DNA of 64,000 bases from Nitrospinales bacterium (GTDB lineage Bacteria > Nitrospinota > Nitrospinia > Nitrospinales > VA-1): NCBI GenBank assembly GCA_965262115.1, contig OZ253496.1, positions 960,001 to 1,024,000 of the forward strand. The letters are read 5' to 3'. The translations under genes were made by a program, and so were the position numbers. Positions 43,753 through 54,003 of this stretch are shown here, piece after piece. The first letter of the stretch is position 1. Each line of letters opens with the position of its first letter. The notes beneath the pieces are model-generated. The model saw nothing but the letters and a program-made list of their open reading frames with translations, was not told the origin of the DNA and did not search any database.

Positions 43753-45291
43753 TTGGACAAATCCATGGAAGTCGTGATCAATTTTGACGATATGAACTGG
43801 GCGGCAATCGGGCCGGAACTCATCATCCTGATAACCGCCTTCTTCATTCTTCTGGCCGGACTTAAAAAGGGGATGAATAGCCTTCCCTTTTTATCCACAG
43901 TTTCGCTGGTTGGAGTCGGCGCGGCGTTTCTGTTCACCCTGAACCTTTGGGGTGGAGTCCCGACCGCTGAAAGCGGAAACAGTTCGAGCATGTTCAGCGG
44001 TGCCTTGATCCACGACCGGTTTTCCCTGACCTTCAATCTGATATTCCTGCTGATGTCCTTGTTCGCAATTTTCGGTTCGGCCCGTTACCCACAGGAAGAC
44101 CATGAGAACAAGGCGGAATACTTCACACTTCTACTGATGGCGGTTGCGGGCATGATGTTTATGGCCAAGTCCGGCAACCTGATCACCATATTCATCTCCC
44201 TGGAACTGTTTTCCATTGCACTTTATATTCTTTGCGGCTTTTCCGCCAAACACGGAACCGGCAAGGAAGGACCTCACAGCAATACTGAACTAAGCTGGAC
44301 AACTCTGGCCTCGCAGGAGTCGACTGTTAAATACCTGCTGACCGGCGCATTTGCTTCCGCCATTCTGGTTTATGGCATGGCCCTGATTTACGCCGGTAGC
44401 GGTACGACCGAACTCAAAATGATCGGACAACTCATTCACGAAAACCCCTATACCAGGAACACGCTGGTTTATATCGGGATGGGGCTGATGTTTTGCGGAC
44501 TGGCGTTTAAAGTTTCTCTGGTACCTTTTCACTCCTGGACCCCGGATGTCTACCAGGGCGCACCGACACCCATCACCGGGTTCATGTCGGTGGCGACCAA
44601 GGCGGCGGCCTTTGCGGTGATCGTCCGCGTTTTTTTCATCGCCCTGCCAGAGTTGGAAAAGGTCTGGATACCCATTCTTTTCGGCATATCGGTCCTGACC
44701 ATGCTGGTGGGGAATACCGCCGCCATTTTTCAGGATGATATCAAAAGGATGCTCGCCTATTCCGGTGTTGCGCATGCCGGATATCTGTTGATCGGTATCG
44801 TCACCAACACCCAGGAAGGAATAGCCAGCATTATTTTCTACCTTGCGGTTTACCTGTTCATGAACATCGGAGCCTTTGCCGTGGTCTTCATCATGGAAGG
44901 GGAAGGGCAGGAAGGCAACTCTATCAACCGATTCAAAGGGCTGGCCAAAAAGAATCCCCTTCTGGCAGTAGCCATGAGCCTGTTCATGGTATCGCTGGCC
45001 GGGTTCCCACCCACTGCCGGTTTCTTTGGAAAGTTGTTCGTATTCTATGCCGCAGTCAAGAAGGGCTACATTCTCATAACTGTTATGGCAGTCATCGCCA
45101 GCATCATTTCCGTTTATTTTTATCTCCGCGTGATCGTCATGATGTATTTCCATGAAGATGAAAACGCTCCGCAACCTGTGATTCCCAAAGGCATGGGAGC
45201 CTTGATTACCGTCAGTTGTGTGGCGGTCTTGGCTATAGGGCTGTTCCCCTCTTTTTTAATGGAACTGGCCCGAGGCGCTATTCCTTTTTAG
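43753..45291 (+). CDS. nuoN: NADH-quinone oxidoreductase subunit N (detached from the operon)
   Basis: [68 protein letters not shown]. Confidence 0.96.
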   Translation: MDKSMEVVINFDDMNWAAIGPELIILITAFFILLAGLKKGMNSLPFLSTVSLVGVGAAFLFTLNLWGGVPTAESGNSSSMFSGALIHDRFSLTFNLIFLLMSLFAIFGSARYPQEDHENKAEYFTLLLMAVAGMMFMAKSGNLITIFISLELFSIALYILCGFSAKHGTGKEGPHSNTELSWTTLASQESTVKYLLTGAFASAILVYGMALIYAGSGTTELKMIGQLIHENPYTRNTLVYIGMGLMFCGLAFKVSLVPFHSWTPDVYQGAPTPITGFMSVATKAAAFAVIVRVFFIALPELEKVWIPILFGISVLTMLVGNTAAIFQDDIKRMLAYSGVAHAGYLLIGIVTNTQEGIASIIFYLAVYLFMNIGAFAVVFIMEGEGQEGNSINRFKGLAKKNPLLAVAMSLFMVSLAGFPPTAGFFGKLFVFYAAVKKGYILITVMAVIASIISVYFYLRVIVMMYFHEDENAPQPVIPKGMGALITVSCVAVLAIGLFPSFLMELARGAIPF

Positions 45292-45490
45292 CTTGCCACT
45301 CCCCTTCTATCCTGTGCATGGTAAAGAGATTCTGCCTCCTTGGGCTTAGTAGCATTGTCGAAACCCGGTCGTCTACCTTTGGCACAATCTCCGGCCAGCG
45401 TAAACTGGGAAAGCACCAGCACCTCGTGCGCTGGTAAATATTGCAGCATTCAAACATAATGCCAAGAAATTTTTTTCGGGTTTCTTTCAT
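45278..45490 (-). pseudogene. Probable truncated small Cys-rich protein
   Basis: [21 protein letters not shown] resembles (from recall) a small zinc-ribbon-like family (FLGIxFxCCxxYxRIY..GxCPxC), but the second CxxC half is absent. Confidence 0.4.
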
Positions 45491-45588
45491 GGTTCCCTTG
45501 CAATCGGCATCCTTCGCTTGCGCAAACGGCTGTCAAAATCATAAAGAATAATTTATTGCCACCTTCGCTGGCTGACCAGACTTCACCC

Positions 45589-46506
45589 TCACCTTATCTT
45601 ATCCAGAGCGCGGACTTTATATTCGATGAATGTTTTATGAGGAATGCGGAGAGCTTTGGTAATCCGCCTGACTTCCTCCGCTTCCTCATGGACCATCTCC
45701 CCATCGGCGATGGAAATTTCAAAAAGACATTCCATCAAATGGATACGGTCGTTGTAGGAAGCAACGCGGTTCAACTCCGTAGCCACTTCATGAAAATCAA
45801 AACCCTGGCGCGCTTGTTCCTCCACCACCTCAAACAACAGGGTCAATTCTTTTCCTTTTAAAGAAAACTGACTGGTCAGGCAACGCTTTAAAGCCTTTTT
45901 CTCTGCCGGGTCAAAATGGTCATCCACGTGAGCAACTGCCGCCATCAACGTACCCACAAGGCAAATAAAATAGAGCCGTTCATCGGGCAGGTTGGTGGGA
46001 ATCTTAAAATGTGCGCTTTTCAGTTCAATTTTTTTCAACACACGGCGTTTAAAATATTTTTCCATATCCGGGTTCAAGTCCCGCGCCTGCTTAAAAATAG
46101 TCCTTTGTAAAAGATTTCTGATCCGCCCAAAAGATTTTTTTGTATGAGAGGATTTTTCCAGCCAATCAGAAAACTGGCTGATCAACTCCCTTTCATCATT
46201 CTTTATTCTTTTATGTGCCTCAACCATGGCCTCCAACGCCCCCATGATTTCTGTCTTCTCATTTGGGGAGGATAACTCGGCAATCATCTGGCGATACAGC
46301 TCATCCTTTTCTTTTTTTGAGACCGGAGCCAAGAGATAAGGCTTCAACTCATCCAACTCATGTTTTTCCAAATCAAATTTTCTGTAGAATGTTTTGAGAA
46401 TATTAAGCTCAGATTGCGAAACTTCACCATCTGCCCAGGCAACGGTGGTGAGCACTTTAAGAAAAGTAATTTTTTTAAACTTTGACATAGCGTTCCCCTT
46501 AGTCAA
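45589..46506 (-). CDS. Tandem TerB-like domain protein
   Basis: AWADGEVSQSE, VAHVDDHFDPAE, IADGEMVHEE TerB-type metal motifs. Confidence 0.85.
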   Translation of the reverse strand: MTKGNAMSKFKKITFLKVLTTVAWADGEVSQSELNILKTFYRKFDLEKHELDELKPYLLAPVSKKEKDELYRQMIAELSSPNEKTEIMGALEAMVEAHKRIKNDERELISQFSDWLEKSSHTKKSFGRIRNLLQRTIFKQARDLNPDMEKYFKRRVLKKIELKSAHFKIPTNLPDERLYFICLVGTLMAAVAHVDDHFDPAEKKALKRCLTSQFSLKGKELTLLFEVVEEQARQGFDFHEVATELNRVASYNDRIHLMECLFEISIADGEMVHEEAEEVRRITKALRIPHKTFIEYKVRALDKIR

Positions 46507-47785
46507 AACGGTTCAACCAAACCCGACTTCTACCCGGAGTTGGTGACAGAGCGAAAATATCCAGGAACCCATCCTGGTTGACATCGGCAAAGGCCATCTC
46601 TCGAAAAAACCGGAAACGAGGAAGACGCCTTTCGGTTTCATCAGAAAATCTCCATCGACCTCTACCTTGTAAATAATAAACTCCCTTTGAGGTCAAGATC
46701 AAGGCATCAGGTTTGGTACTACCATTCGCATCTAAAAGATAAGCCTTGTAAGAAGGAAGGCGGGGAAGCATTTTATGCGATCGTTTTTTAAAATTCCCCC
46801 CTCCCGTATTTTCAAGGAAATATGCGGTCTCCCCAGGGTAAGCCCGATAAGGTTTATTAATAGACCGGTTGACCACCAGAAGGTCATTATCTCCATCCCC
46901 ATCAAAGTCTGCCCAGTCGGCATGTTCGCTGGCGTCGATAATGCGGGGTATGTGAGACGCAGTACGGTCCGCAAACTTTCCCACTCCGTTATTTATCAAA
47001 AGCCGATTCTGGCCTTTTCCGTAAATCAGAAAAACATCCACCACTCCATCGCCATCAAAATCGGCAAAAGAGGCATCGCGAATTCCCGCAGGCAGACGAG
47101 GCATGAGCAAAGCTGTCAAGTCCTCCAACTTCCCTGCACCTTTATTAATGAGCAGGCAGGCTTGATGGCCTGCGGGTTTTCCATTTGCATCCAGAACATT
47201 TTGACCAAAATAAAAAAGATCCTTGTCTCCATCTTGATCCAGATCAACCGCAATCACCTTATCTATTCCGGCCTTAATGGGGTAAGAACCTTCTTCATCC
47301 TTGGCGTAAAAATAACCTTTTTTATTATTAAAAAGAATTCGGGTGGACACTCTTCCCGAAACTTGCATGATCAGAGCAAGGTCATCACCTCCATCGCGAT
47401 TCAAGTCTGCCGTAGTGAAGGAAAGGATAGGATCCTTCTGTCCCTCTACCCAGCGCCCCAGATCTTCCTGAAGAAAACTATTTTTTCCTTGATTGATGAA
47501 GAGCTGCAACCGGGGTTTTCCAGCCTCGTTAAGGACTATTAAATCCGGCAATTCGTCTTGGTCTGCGCGGAGGAAAGTGGCGTGTCTTGGAGAGGAATTT
47601 TGTTGAGAAAGCCATTTTCCGGTCACATCACGGAAACGCTGGCTGGCAGGATTATCCGCAGTATGAGGTTGGGAGCCTCCACACCCATTAAGAAGTACCA
47701 GCACGAGCAAGACTCGCGCCAAGGCTTTAATCAAAAATGGATTTGGGCAATGTGTCCTGTGATAAATCAATGTGCAAGCCTTCAT
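46499..47785 (-). CDS. FG-GAP/VCBS repeat lipoprotein (start uncertain)
   Basis: Lipobox LLNGC; repeated DxDxDGDxDL motifs (DLNRDGGDDL, DLDQDGDKDL, DFDGDGVVDV, DFDGDGDNDL, DVNQDGFLDI). Confidence 0.88.
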   Translation of the reverse strand: MKACTLIYHRTHCPNPFLIKALARVLLVLVLLNGCGGSQPHTADNPASQRFRDVTGKWLSQQNSSPRHATFLRADQDELPDLIVLNEAGKPRLQLFINQGKNSFLQEDLGRWVEGQKDPILSFTTADLNRDGGDDLALIMQVSGRVSTRILFNNKKGYFYAKDEEGSYPIKAGIDKVIAVDLDQDGDKDLFYFGQNVLDANGKPAGHQACLLINKGAGKLEDLTALLMPRLPAGIRDASFADFDGDGVVDVFLIYGKGQNRLLINNGVGKFADRTASHIPRIIDASEHADWADFDGDGDNDLLVVNRSINKPYRAYPGETAYFLENTGGGNFKKRSHKMLPRLPSYKAYLLDANGSTKPDALILTSKGVYYLQGRGRWRFSDETERRLPRFRFFREMAFADVNQDGFLDIFALSPTPGRSRVWLNRFD

Positions 47786-48082
47786 AGGCGGCTATGCTTT
47801 TTGGAAAAAGTTGGCGGGATTCCGCTTCAATTTGCTTGATAAAATTATCATCGTGAGAAGGGTCGTGATGAAACGAAACCAGTTTTTCCACCTCCCCGCT
47901 TCCGCAATCCTGATCCCTTCCCGCATGGTGCTACGTCCCCAGCCTTTACGGGGAAACTGACCATTGAGGCCATAATATTCATCTTCTGTATACTGAGCGT
48001 CATAAACCAGAGCACCGGCATCCCGGCAAAGCTCAATCAGGTTTTTATTCGGCTTGTCCTCATAATGCTCACAATCGTGAGT
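47727..48082 (-). pseudogene. C-terminal remnant of an MBL-fold metallohydrolase
   Basis: DCEHYEDKPNKNLIELCRDAGALVYDAQYTEDEY..KGWGRST, frameshift at ~47895, then EKLVSFHHDPSHDD..AAYEGL; the N-terminal HxHxDH region is absent. Confidence 0.75.
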
Positions 48083-48185
48083 TTTATTCTATAAATAAAA
48101 GACTGGGCATTATAAACAATCCACCAGTGGGTAACAATCACTTCCTTGAGGAAAAGACCCTGCGCTTCCACCTTCCATTTAAAAA

Positions 48186-49013
48186 TCAGGGAGTTGAGCA
48201 AAATCTTGATGAAACAGGTTCGTCCTTCTCTAAATACTCCTTCACCAACTCCAATTCCAGGGTGTTCATGGGTTCCTGTTTCCACAATCCGGGAAACGTT
48301 TTTCGGAATCCGTCTATAAAACAAGGAACCAGTTCTGTCCACTCCGGCTTTTTCGGCAGCACCTCTTTCAAGGTTAACGTGCTCGAAATCAAGTTTTTGA
48401 GCCCCCGGTTTTTTTCAACCTCTGAGGAATAGCGAAGCAGACTATGAGCCAGTTCAGGATCCTTATCCAACAAGATGGAGCCATGCTGCAAAAAAGCTCC
48501 ATTTAACCGGCGCTGGGCGCTACCAGCCAGCTTCTTTCCTTTCACTGTTATTTCCCAATGATTGGATGTCGAAAAACAGGCCGGGGAACGCTTACCCGGA
48601 GTTCTTTTATCTTTTCCGACCATTTCAGGTTTGAGAACACCGGCTCTTCCCAGAGAAAGAATCACAGCTTTCGATACGGCCGAAAAAGCTCCGGCCAGGT
48701 TTCCAGGAAACCCGGGATGAGGTATGGGAGCAACGAGACTGTAGGTGAATTCATGTTGATGCAAAAGGGCCCGCCCTCCTGTAAACCTTCGGACGATGGA
48801 GATGTTTCTTTGTTCACACTGCACTCTGTCCACATCCTTGAATTCGTTCTGCGAATAACCGATAGAGAGGGTCGGCTTGTCCCACCCATACAGCCTTAAA
48901 GTGGCTGGGGCCTGCCCCCTGTCGCAGGCGGTGAGAATGGCCCTGTCTGTCGCCATGTTCAACCTGCCGTCGCCGGGGCCATCTTCAATCAATCTCCAAG
49001 CAGGGTTTTTCAT
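48186..49013 (-). CDS. Lipoate-protein ligase A / octanoyltransferase LipM family
   Basis: NMATD, LRLYGW..TLSIG, RRFTGGRALLH, KKLAGSAQRR, LQHGSI. Confidence 0.92.
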   Translation of the reverse strand: MKNPAWRLIEDGPGDGRLNMATDRAILTACDRGQAPATLRLYGWDKPTLSIGYSQNEFKDVDRVQCEQRNISIVRRFTGGRALLHQHEFTYSLVAPIPHPGFPGNLAGAFSAVSKAVILSLGRAGVLKPEMVGKDKRTPGKRSPACFSTSNHWEITVKGKKLAGSAQRRLNGAFLQHGSILLDKDPELAHSLLRYSSEVEKNRGLKNLISSTLTLKEVLPKKPEWTELVPCFIDGFRKTFPGLWKQEPMNTLELELVKEYLEKDEPVSSRFCSTP

Positions 49014-49080
49014 GGCGACCTCTCCATGTCCTTCGACAATATTTTTTGACTCGTAAAGAATCATCCTATAAATATGAAGT

Positions 49081-50121
49081 ATGAGAGTCAATTCCAGATA
49101 TCTTTCAAAATCAATTTATTTTCTCGCTTTCATTCTGGCCCCGGGCTTTGGCAATCCATTAGCCTCCAATGCCTTTGAAAATCCAGGTCTGCTTAGAAAA
49201 GAATGCCGCACCACCTGCCATCAAGCGGAGCACATCCTGAAAGCAAAGAAAAACAAATTCACCCAGCCCGAATGCAAAGCCTGCCACACAGGAGTGATAG
49301 AAGAAAGCACTTTATCCCCTTTTTCAGTTCCCACCCCGGCAGGCCTCACCGGCAACAACAACCTTTTATTGAAATCCCTCATTCAAACCGTGCCTAATTC
49401 TCGGGCCAAAAACTCCACTCCAGTTGTGAAACAGGAAAAACCCTCCATGGCTTATGTCCCGGCCGGAGAATTTATCATGGGATCGAATGAACGCTGGGAT
49501 GATGAAGCGCCAGAGCATCTTTCTGCAACCCACGCATTCTATATTGATATGAATGAAGTCACCAATACAGATTATAAAAATTTTGTAGATGCAACCCAGA
49601 GAACGCCTCCTTTTCACTGGCCCGATGAAAACCTTCCCAAGGGCAAGGAAAATCATCCCGTTGTTTATGTCAATTGGTTCGACGCGAAGGATTACTGTTT
49701 CTGGGCCGGCAAGCGCCTGCCCACTGAACAGGAATGGGAAAAGGCGGCACGGGGCGAAGAAGGTCTCATTTATCCCTGGGGAAATGAGTGGTCACTAGAC
49801 AAGTCCAATAATCCCTATAAGCATTCCACCGGCACAGAACCTGTTGGCTCCTACCCGGAGGGGCGCAGCCCCTATGGGCTCTATGATATTTCCGGAAATG
49901 TGTGGGAATGGGTAGACAGTTACTATTTACCGCATCCTGGAAATCCCGTCACGCGCGTAGAATATGGAGGAGATAAAAGAGTGTTGAAAGGCGGGTCCTG
50001 GTTCGACTGCCTTTCTTATGGTTGCGGATTGAGTGCTCCAACCTTCAACCGAAGTTTTTTCACCCCTGAGGTGAAGAATAACAGCTTCGGCTTTCGTTGT
50101 GCGAAAACGAAAAGTCCATAA
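49081..50121 (+). CDS. Exported protein: two heme-c motifs + FGE-sulfatase (SUMF1) domain
   Basis: Signal peptide, CRTTCH and CKACH; GEFIMGS, HPVVYVNW, RLPTEQEWEKAARG, GLYDISGNVWEW, KGGSW, GFRC. Confidence 0.88.
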   Translation: MRVNSRYLSKSIYFLAFILAPGFGNPLASNAFENPGLLRKECRTTCHQAEHILKAKKNKFTQPECKACHTGVIEESTLSPFSVPTPAGLTGNNNLLLKSLIQTVPNSRAKNSTPVVKQEKPSMAYVPAGEFIMGSNERWDDEAPEHLSATHAFYIDMNEVTNTDYKNFVDATQRTPPFHWPDENLPKGKENHPVVYVNWFDAKDYCFWAGKRLPTEQEWEKAARGEEGLIYPWGNEWSLDKSNNPYKHSTGTEPVGSYPEGRSPYGLYDISGNVWEWVDSYYLPHPGNPVTRVEYGGDKRVLKGGSWFDCLSYGCGLSAPTFNRSFFTPEVKNNSFGFRCAKTKSP

Positions 50122-50415
50122 CTTCGATCCGAAACCAACCCAAGGCTTGACGCAGGCTCGCTTTTTCTTAAAGTAGAGCTTAATAAGCTTGTCTTTTAAA
50201 TAACCCTATATCATCTTAAGCCTCACCACTTGAAAGAATATTAAACTTTAAGCTGCCTTGGACCTGGCCATTGATCCTGATCCATCCTCACAAACCCCAA
50301 TCAATGCTTTACATGGGCAACGAAAACTGTTATGGTTTTAAAACTTAACCACAACAGACTTGATAAAAATAAGGGGCATGCCATGAGAAACGGTTTACGT
50401 TCCCTAGGGAGTTTT

Positions 50416-50742
50416 ATGAAAAAAATCAAGTTAATTTCTATTGGAATAATGACTACTATATTATTAACAGGATGTGCTGCTAGATACAATGGACCTGGAA
50501 CATTCCAAGATTTTGCAAAAGCACGGTATGAGTGTTATGAGTCATTAAACAGAGACAAAAACTATAGTGCTTATATAGGCGAGTATGGGGGTTCAGCATC
50601 AAGTTCCACGATGCCATCTTGTGGGTCATTTGTTGCATGTTTAGCATCAAGGGGATATATAAAGTCCGAAAATGGAAGACTTGATACCAGTTCAATACAA
50701 GTTAATTGCCGAGGTTCTTTTTCTCATCCTTCAAACGAATAA
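50416..50742 (+). CDS. AT-rich lipoprotein, unknown function
   Basis: MKKIKLISIGIMTTILLTGC lipobox; GGGAG upstream; A/T-ending codons unlike neighbours. Confidence 0.75.
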   Translation: MKKIKLISIGIMTTILLTGCAARYNGPGTFQDFAKARYECYESLNRDKNYSAYIGEYGGSASSSTMPSCGSFVACLASRGYIKSENGRLDTSSIQVNCRGSFSHPSNE

Positions 50743-50793
50743 AACCTTAGGATAGAAAAAGATATTTGGTTCTAATACCACTAATCCCTTTCC

Positions 50794-50917
50794 TCAAAAA
50801 CCATAATCAGCAGTAATCCTTCCAAGTATTTTCGGGTCCTCATTAATATATAATGCGGTTGTAGAAATTGATTGGTGCCCCATTAAAGTTTGAAGATTGG
50901 TAATACTGACTCCCTTT
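50794..50917 (-). pseudogene. Tyrosine recombinase/integrase C-terminal remnant
   Basis: KGVSITNLQTLMGHQSISTTALYINEDPKILGRITADYGF* contains the LxGH-x5-T-xx-Y catalytic box. Confidence 0.75.
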
Positions 50918-51175
50918 TAGAGGCAAGAAACATCAATTTCCTTAAAAGAAAGCTGGAAATGGGTGAGATCACCCCCGACCAATGCAAAGAGGTGATGAAA
51001 CGCCTGATTCTGAAAAAATATACGAGCGCATTAAAAACCGAAGCTTTCGGGCCAGCATTTTAGGCTTTGACCGCTCCCTGGAAAGCAAAATAACCGTCAA
51101 ATCCTGAATCTTCGTTTCTAGCTTCCCCATAATATTTAACAGCCTGCAGAGCCTCGGAAAAATAATTTTATAAAA

Positions 51176-51206
51176 TTGATTCGCTCGCCCCGGATAAAGG
51201 TATAAT
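51176..51206 (+). promoter_or_regulatory. Candidate sigma70 promoter upstream of recA
   Basis: Perfect TATAAT at 51201-51206, but TTGATT is 19 nt upstream. An alternative TTGACT-N15-TATACT lies at 51338-51364. Both spacers are non-optimal. Confidence 0.35.
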
Positions 51207-51246
51207 GCCGTCCACTTGAGTGGCCCCTTGACAGGGGGGGGGTTGT

Positions 51247-51320
51247 CAAGCTGCCAAAACTCTTTGCTCGCCTGATAAAGTTATTGCTTGTTGGCCCCAC
51301 GCCGAGCGGGCGTCACGCTG
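51247..51320. repeat. Modular repeat upstream of recA
   Basis: Minus strand: CCGCTCGGCGTGGGGCCAACAA-GCAATAACTTTATCAGGCGAGCAAAGAGTTTTGGCAGCTTGA. Confidence 0.8.
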
Positions 51321-51426
51321 GCTGAACTCGGAGCTGGTTGACTCCTGAGGGCGTAGCGTATACTGGTGGAATTCGCGTTAAAGAGCGAACCCCTCGCTCA
51401 CAAACTGAAATTAATAAGGAGGCAGG

Positions 51427-52494
51427 ATGGGCTCGGACGACAGAGAAAAAGCACTGGAACTGGCATTCACTCAAATCGAGAAGCAATTCGGCAAAGGCTC
51501 CATAATGAAACTGGGCAAAGCCGAAAGCCTGAAAGGAATCAGTGTCATTCCCACCGGCTCCATTTCTCTGGATCACGCGTTGGGTGTGGGCGGAGTTCCC
51601 AGAGGCCGGATTATCGAAATCTACGGCCCGGAAGGTTCAGGAAAAACCAGTTTAACGCTACATATCATTGCTGAAGCACAAAAAGGCGGAGGGGTCGCAG
51701 CATTCATTGACGCAGAACACGCTTTAGATCCCGAATATGCTGGCAACCTCGGTGTCAACCTCGATGACCTGCTTCTCTCTCAACCAGATACAGGTGAACA
51801 AGCACTGGAAATCGTCGAAGTTCTTGTTCGCAGTGGCGCGGTGGATGTCATCGTCGTCGACTCCGTAGCCGCCCTCGTTCCAAAGTCTGAGCTCGATGGA
51901 GACATGGGCGATTCCCATATGGGACTGCAAGCCCGGCTGATGTCTCAGGCCATGCGCAAACTGGCGGGAGTGGTCAACAAATCCAGAACCAGCCTGGTAT
52001 TCATCAACCAGATTCGCATGAAAATTGGAGTGATGTTTGGCAATCCCGAAACAACAACCGGCGGAAACGCGCTCAAGTTTTATTCATCCGTCCGTATGGA
52101 TATTCGCCGCATCGCAGCCTTGAAGGACGGAGAAACTGTCATCGGTAACCGCACCCGGGTCAAGGTAGTGAAAAACAAGGTTGCCCCGCCCTTTCGCCAG
52201 GTTGAATTAGATATTATCTACGGAAAAGGAATCTCCAAGGTCGGTGACCTGCTCGATCTTGGCGTGGCCCACGATATCATCGCCAAAAGCGGTACATGGT
52301 TCTCCTATAATGAAAACCGGATTGGTCAAGGCCGTGAAAATTCCAAAAAGTTTTTGATCGATAACCCTGAGATGGCGGCAGAAATTGAAGGACGGTTGCG
52401 CCAAACCCTTGGGCTGACCGCTGCAGAAACGACGCCGGAAGAAAATGCGGAAGAACCCTCCGCCAAGGAGAAAAAGGCCGCAAAAAATTCCTAA
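51427..52494 (+). CDS. recA: Recombinase A
   Basis: [59 protein letters not shown]. Confidence 0.99.
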   Translation: MGSDDREKALELAFTQIEKQFGKGSIMKLGKAESLKGISVIPTGSISLDHALGVGGVPRGRIIEIYGPEGSGKTSLTLHIIAEAQKGGGVAAFIDAEHALDPEYAGNLGVNLDDLLLSQPDTGEQALEIVEVLVRSGAVDVIVVDSVAALVPKSELDGDMGDSHMGLQARLMSQAMRKLAGVVNKSRTSLVFINQIRMKIGVMFGNPETTTGGNALKFYSSVRMDIRRIAALKDGETVIGNRTRVKVVKNKVAPPFRQVELDIIYGKGISKVGDLLDLGVAHDIIAKSGTWFSYNENRIGQGRENSKKFLIDNPEMAAEIEGRLRQTLGLTAAETTPEENAEEPSAKEKKAAKNS

Positions 52495-52564
52495 CCTTTG
52501 ATGAGGGCACCTTTAAAAATCAGCTTTTGTGCCACCCCTTTGTTTGAGGTCCCCATAAAACCTA

Positions 52565-53068
52565 ATGCCGGATCAAGAAGCCCTCAAAATCGCTAAATCC
52601 CAGGCATTCAGACACCTCGCCTATCGGGATCGGAGCGAGCGGGAGCTTGCCCAATACCTGGAAAAAAAGAAGCATGCTCCTTCTGTTATTCAAAGGACCC
52701 TTCAGGATCTTGTAAAACTGAACTACCTCGACGATCAACGCTTCGCGATGGAATGGGGCCGGTCGCGCGTTGAAGGAAAAAAATTCGGCAAAAAACGCTT
52801 ACGCCATGAGCTTTTGGTAAAAGGCGTTTCATCCCATATCATTGAAACGACTTTGGACACCCTATACGATTCCCATCCCGAACAAGACCTTGCTCTGGCC
52901 TGTGCAAATAAAAAGCTGGCATCCCTTCACGGACTGGAACCCGAAAAAAAAACGCGCCGGTTGGCTCAATACCTTCAGCGAAGAGGATTTTCCGCCGATA
53001 TCATTTATGAGACGCTGAAAGTCTCCGCCTCTAGCCGCCAGCGTGACGCTGGACCCAATGAGCAATGA
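52565..53068 (+). CDS. recX: Regulatory protein RecX
   Basis: RSERELAQYL, YLDDQRFA, ELLVKGV, YLQRRGF; follows recA. Confidence 0.93.
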   Translation: MPDQEALKIAKSQAFRHLAYRDRSERELAQYLEKKKHAPSVIQRTLQDLVKLNYLDDQRFAMEWGRSRVEGKKFGKKRLRHELLVKGVSSHIIETTLDTLYDSHPEQDLALACANKKLASLHGLEPEKKTRRLAQYLQRRGFSADIIYETLKVSASSRQRDAGPNEQ

Positions 53069-53165
53069 GCAATCGCTCGTTTGAGCCATCATAAACGATT
53101 GTTAGCAAACAAAAGGTATAGCAATTAACCAGCGGAGGTTCTCCGCCCACTAGCCGTGGAGGCAA
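53038..53165. repeat. Modular repeat with three cap types between recX and pilD
   Basis: CCAGCGTGACGCTGG + core (53068-53122, minus strand) + GCGGAGGTTCTCCGC + CCACTAGCCGTGG; contains the recX stop. Confidence 0.75.
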
Positions 53166-53176
53166 ATAATAAAGGA

Positions 53177-53950
53177 ATGGAATTTATTCAAGCAATTCCT
53201 TATCCTGTTTTAGCCGGGGCAGTATTCTGTTTCGGACTGGCAGTCGGCAGTTTCGCCAACGTGTGTATTCACCGTTTACCCCGGAAAGAATCCGTGGTCA
53301 TGCCCAGGTCGCATTGCCCGGTGTGCTCGTCGGCGGTTCGCCCGCTGGATAACATTCCGCTCGCCAGTTATGTTTTCATGGGCGGAAAATGCAGAGATTG
53401 TGCCGCATGTATTTCGCCGATTTATCCGGTTATCGAGGCGGCGATAGCCGTTCTTCTGCTGGCTGGGTTTTTCAAATTCGGATTGTCGTTTGATTTTCTG
53501 GTTTATGCTGTGGTGGCTCCCGCACTGGTCATCATCACAGCTACTGATAGCGAGCACCAGATTATTCCCGATGTGATCACGCTACCGGGCATTATCCTGG
53601 GGCTTGCAGTGGGAAGCTATACGATCGGTTATGCGGACTCCCTGCTCGGGTTTTTCCTGGGAGGCGGATTATTTTATTCACTCGCTGTGCTCAGTAATGG
53701 CGGAATGGGCGGGGGAGACATTAAATACATCGCGGCGGCTGGCGCTTTGCTGGGCTGGCAAAAAGTACTGCTGGTGATTTTTATCGGAGCATTTTTAGGA
53801 TCACTAGTCGGCCTGTTCCAGATCATCGTGCAGAAAAAATCAAGGAAAAGCCTGATCCCGTTCGGACCGTTTCTCGCGACAGGCACCCTGGTCACATTAT
53901 TTTATGGTAACTCGCTCATTCAGTTATACTTGGAATATCTGGTGGGATAA
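53177..53950 (+). CDS. pilD: Type IV prepilin peptidase/N-methyltransferase
   Basis: GSFANVCIHRLP, SHCPVC..KCRDC, MGGGDIK, IPFGPFL. Confidence 0.95.
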   Translation: MEFIQAIPYPVLAGAVFCFGLAVGSFANVCIHRLPRKESVVMPRSHCPVCSSAVRPLDNIPLASYVFMGGKCRDCAACISPIYPVIEAAIAVLLLAGFFKFGLSFDFLVYAVVAPALVIITATDSEHQIIPDVITLPGIILGLAVGSYTIGYADSLLGFFLGGGLFYSLAVLSNGGMGGGDIKYIAAAGALLGWQKVLLVIFIGAFLGSLVGLFQIIVQKKSRKSLIPFGPFLATGTLVTLFYGNSLIQLYLEYLVG

Positions 53951-54003
53951 TGATTCCCGAAAAAAATGAACAGAGCACTCTAATCAGCAATCGGAATTGA
54001 AAT

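Noticed and set aside
51370..51405. LexA/SOS box upstream of recA
   Set aside because: GAACCCCTCGCTC matches neither GAAC-N4-GTTC nor CTGT-N8-ACAG.
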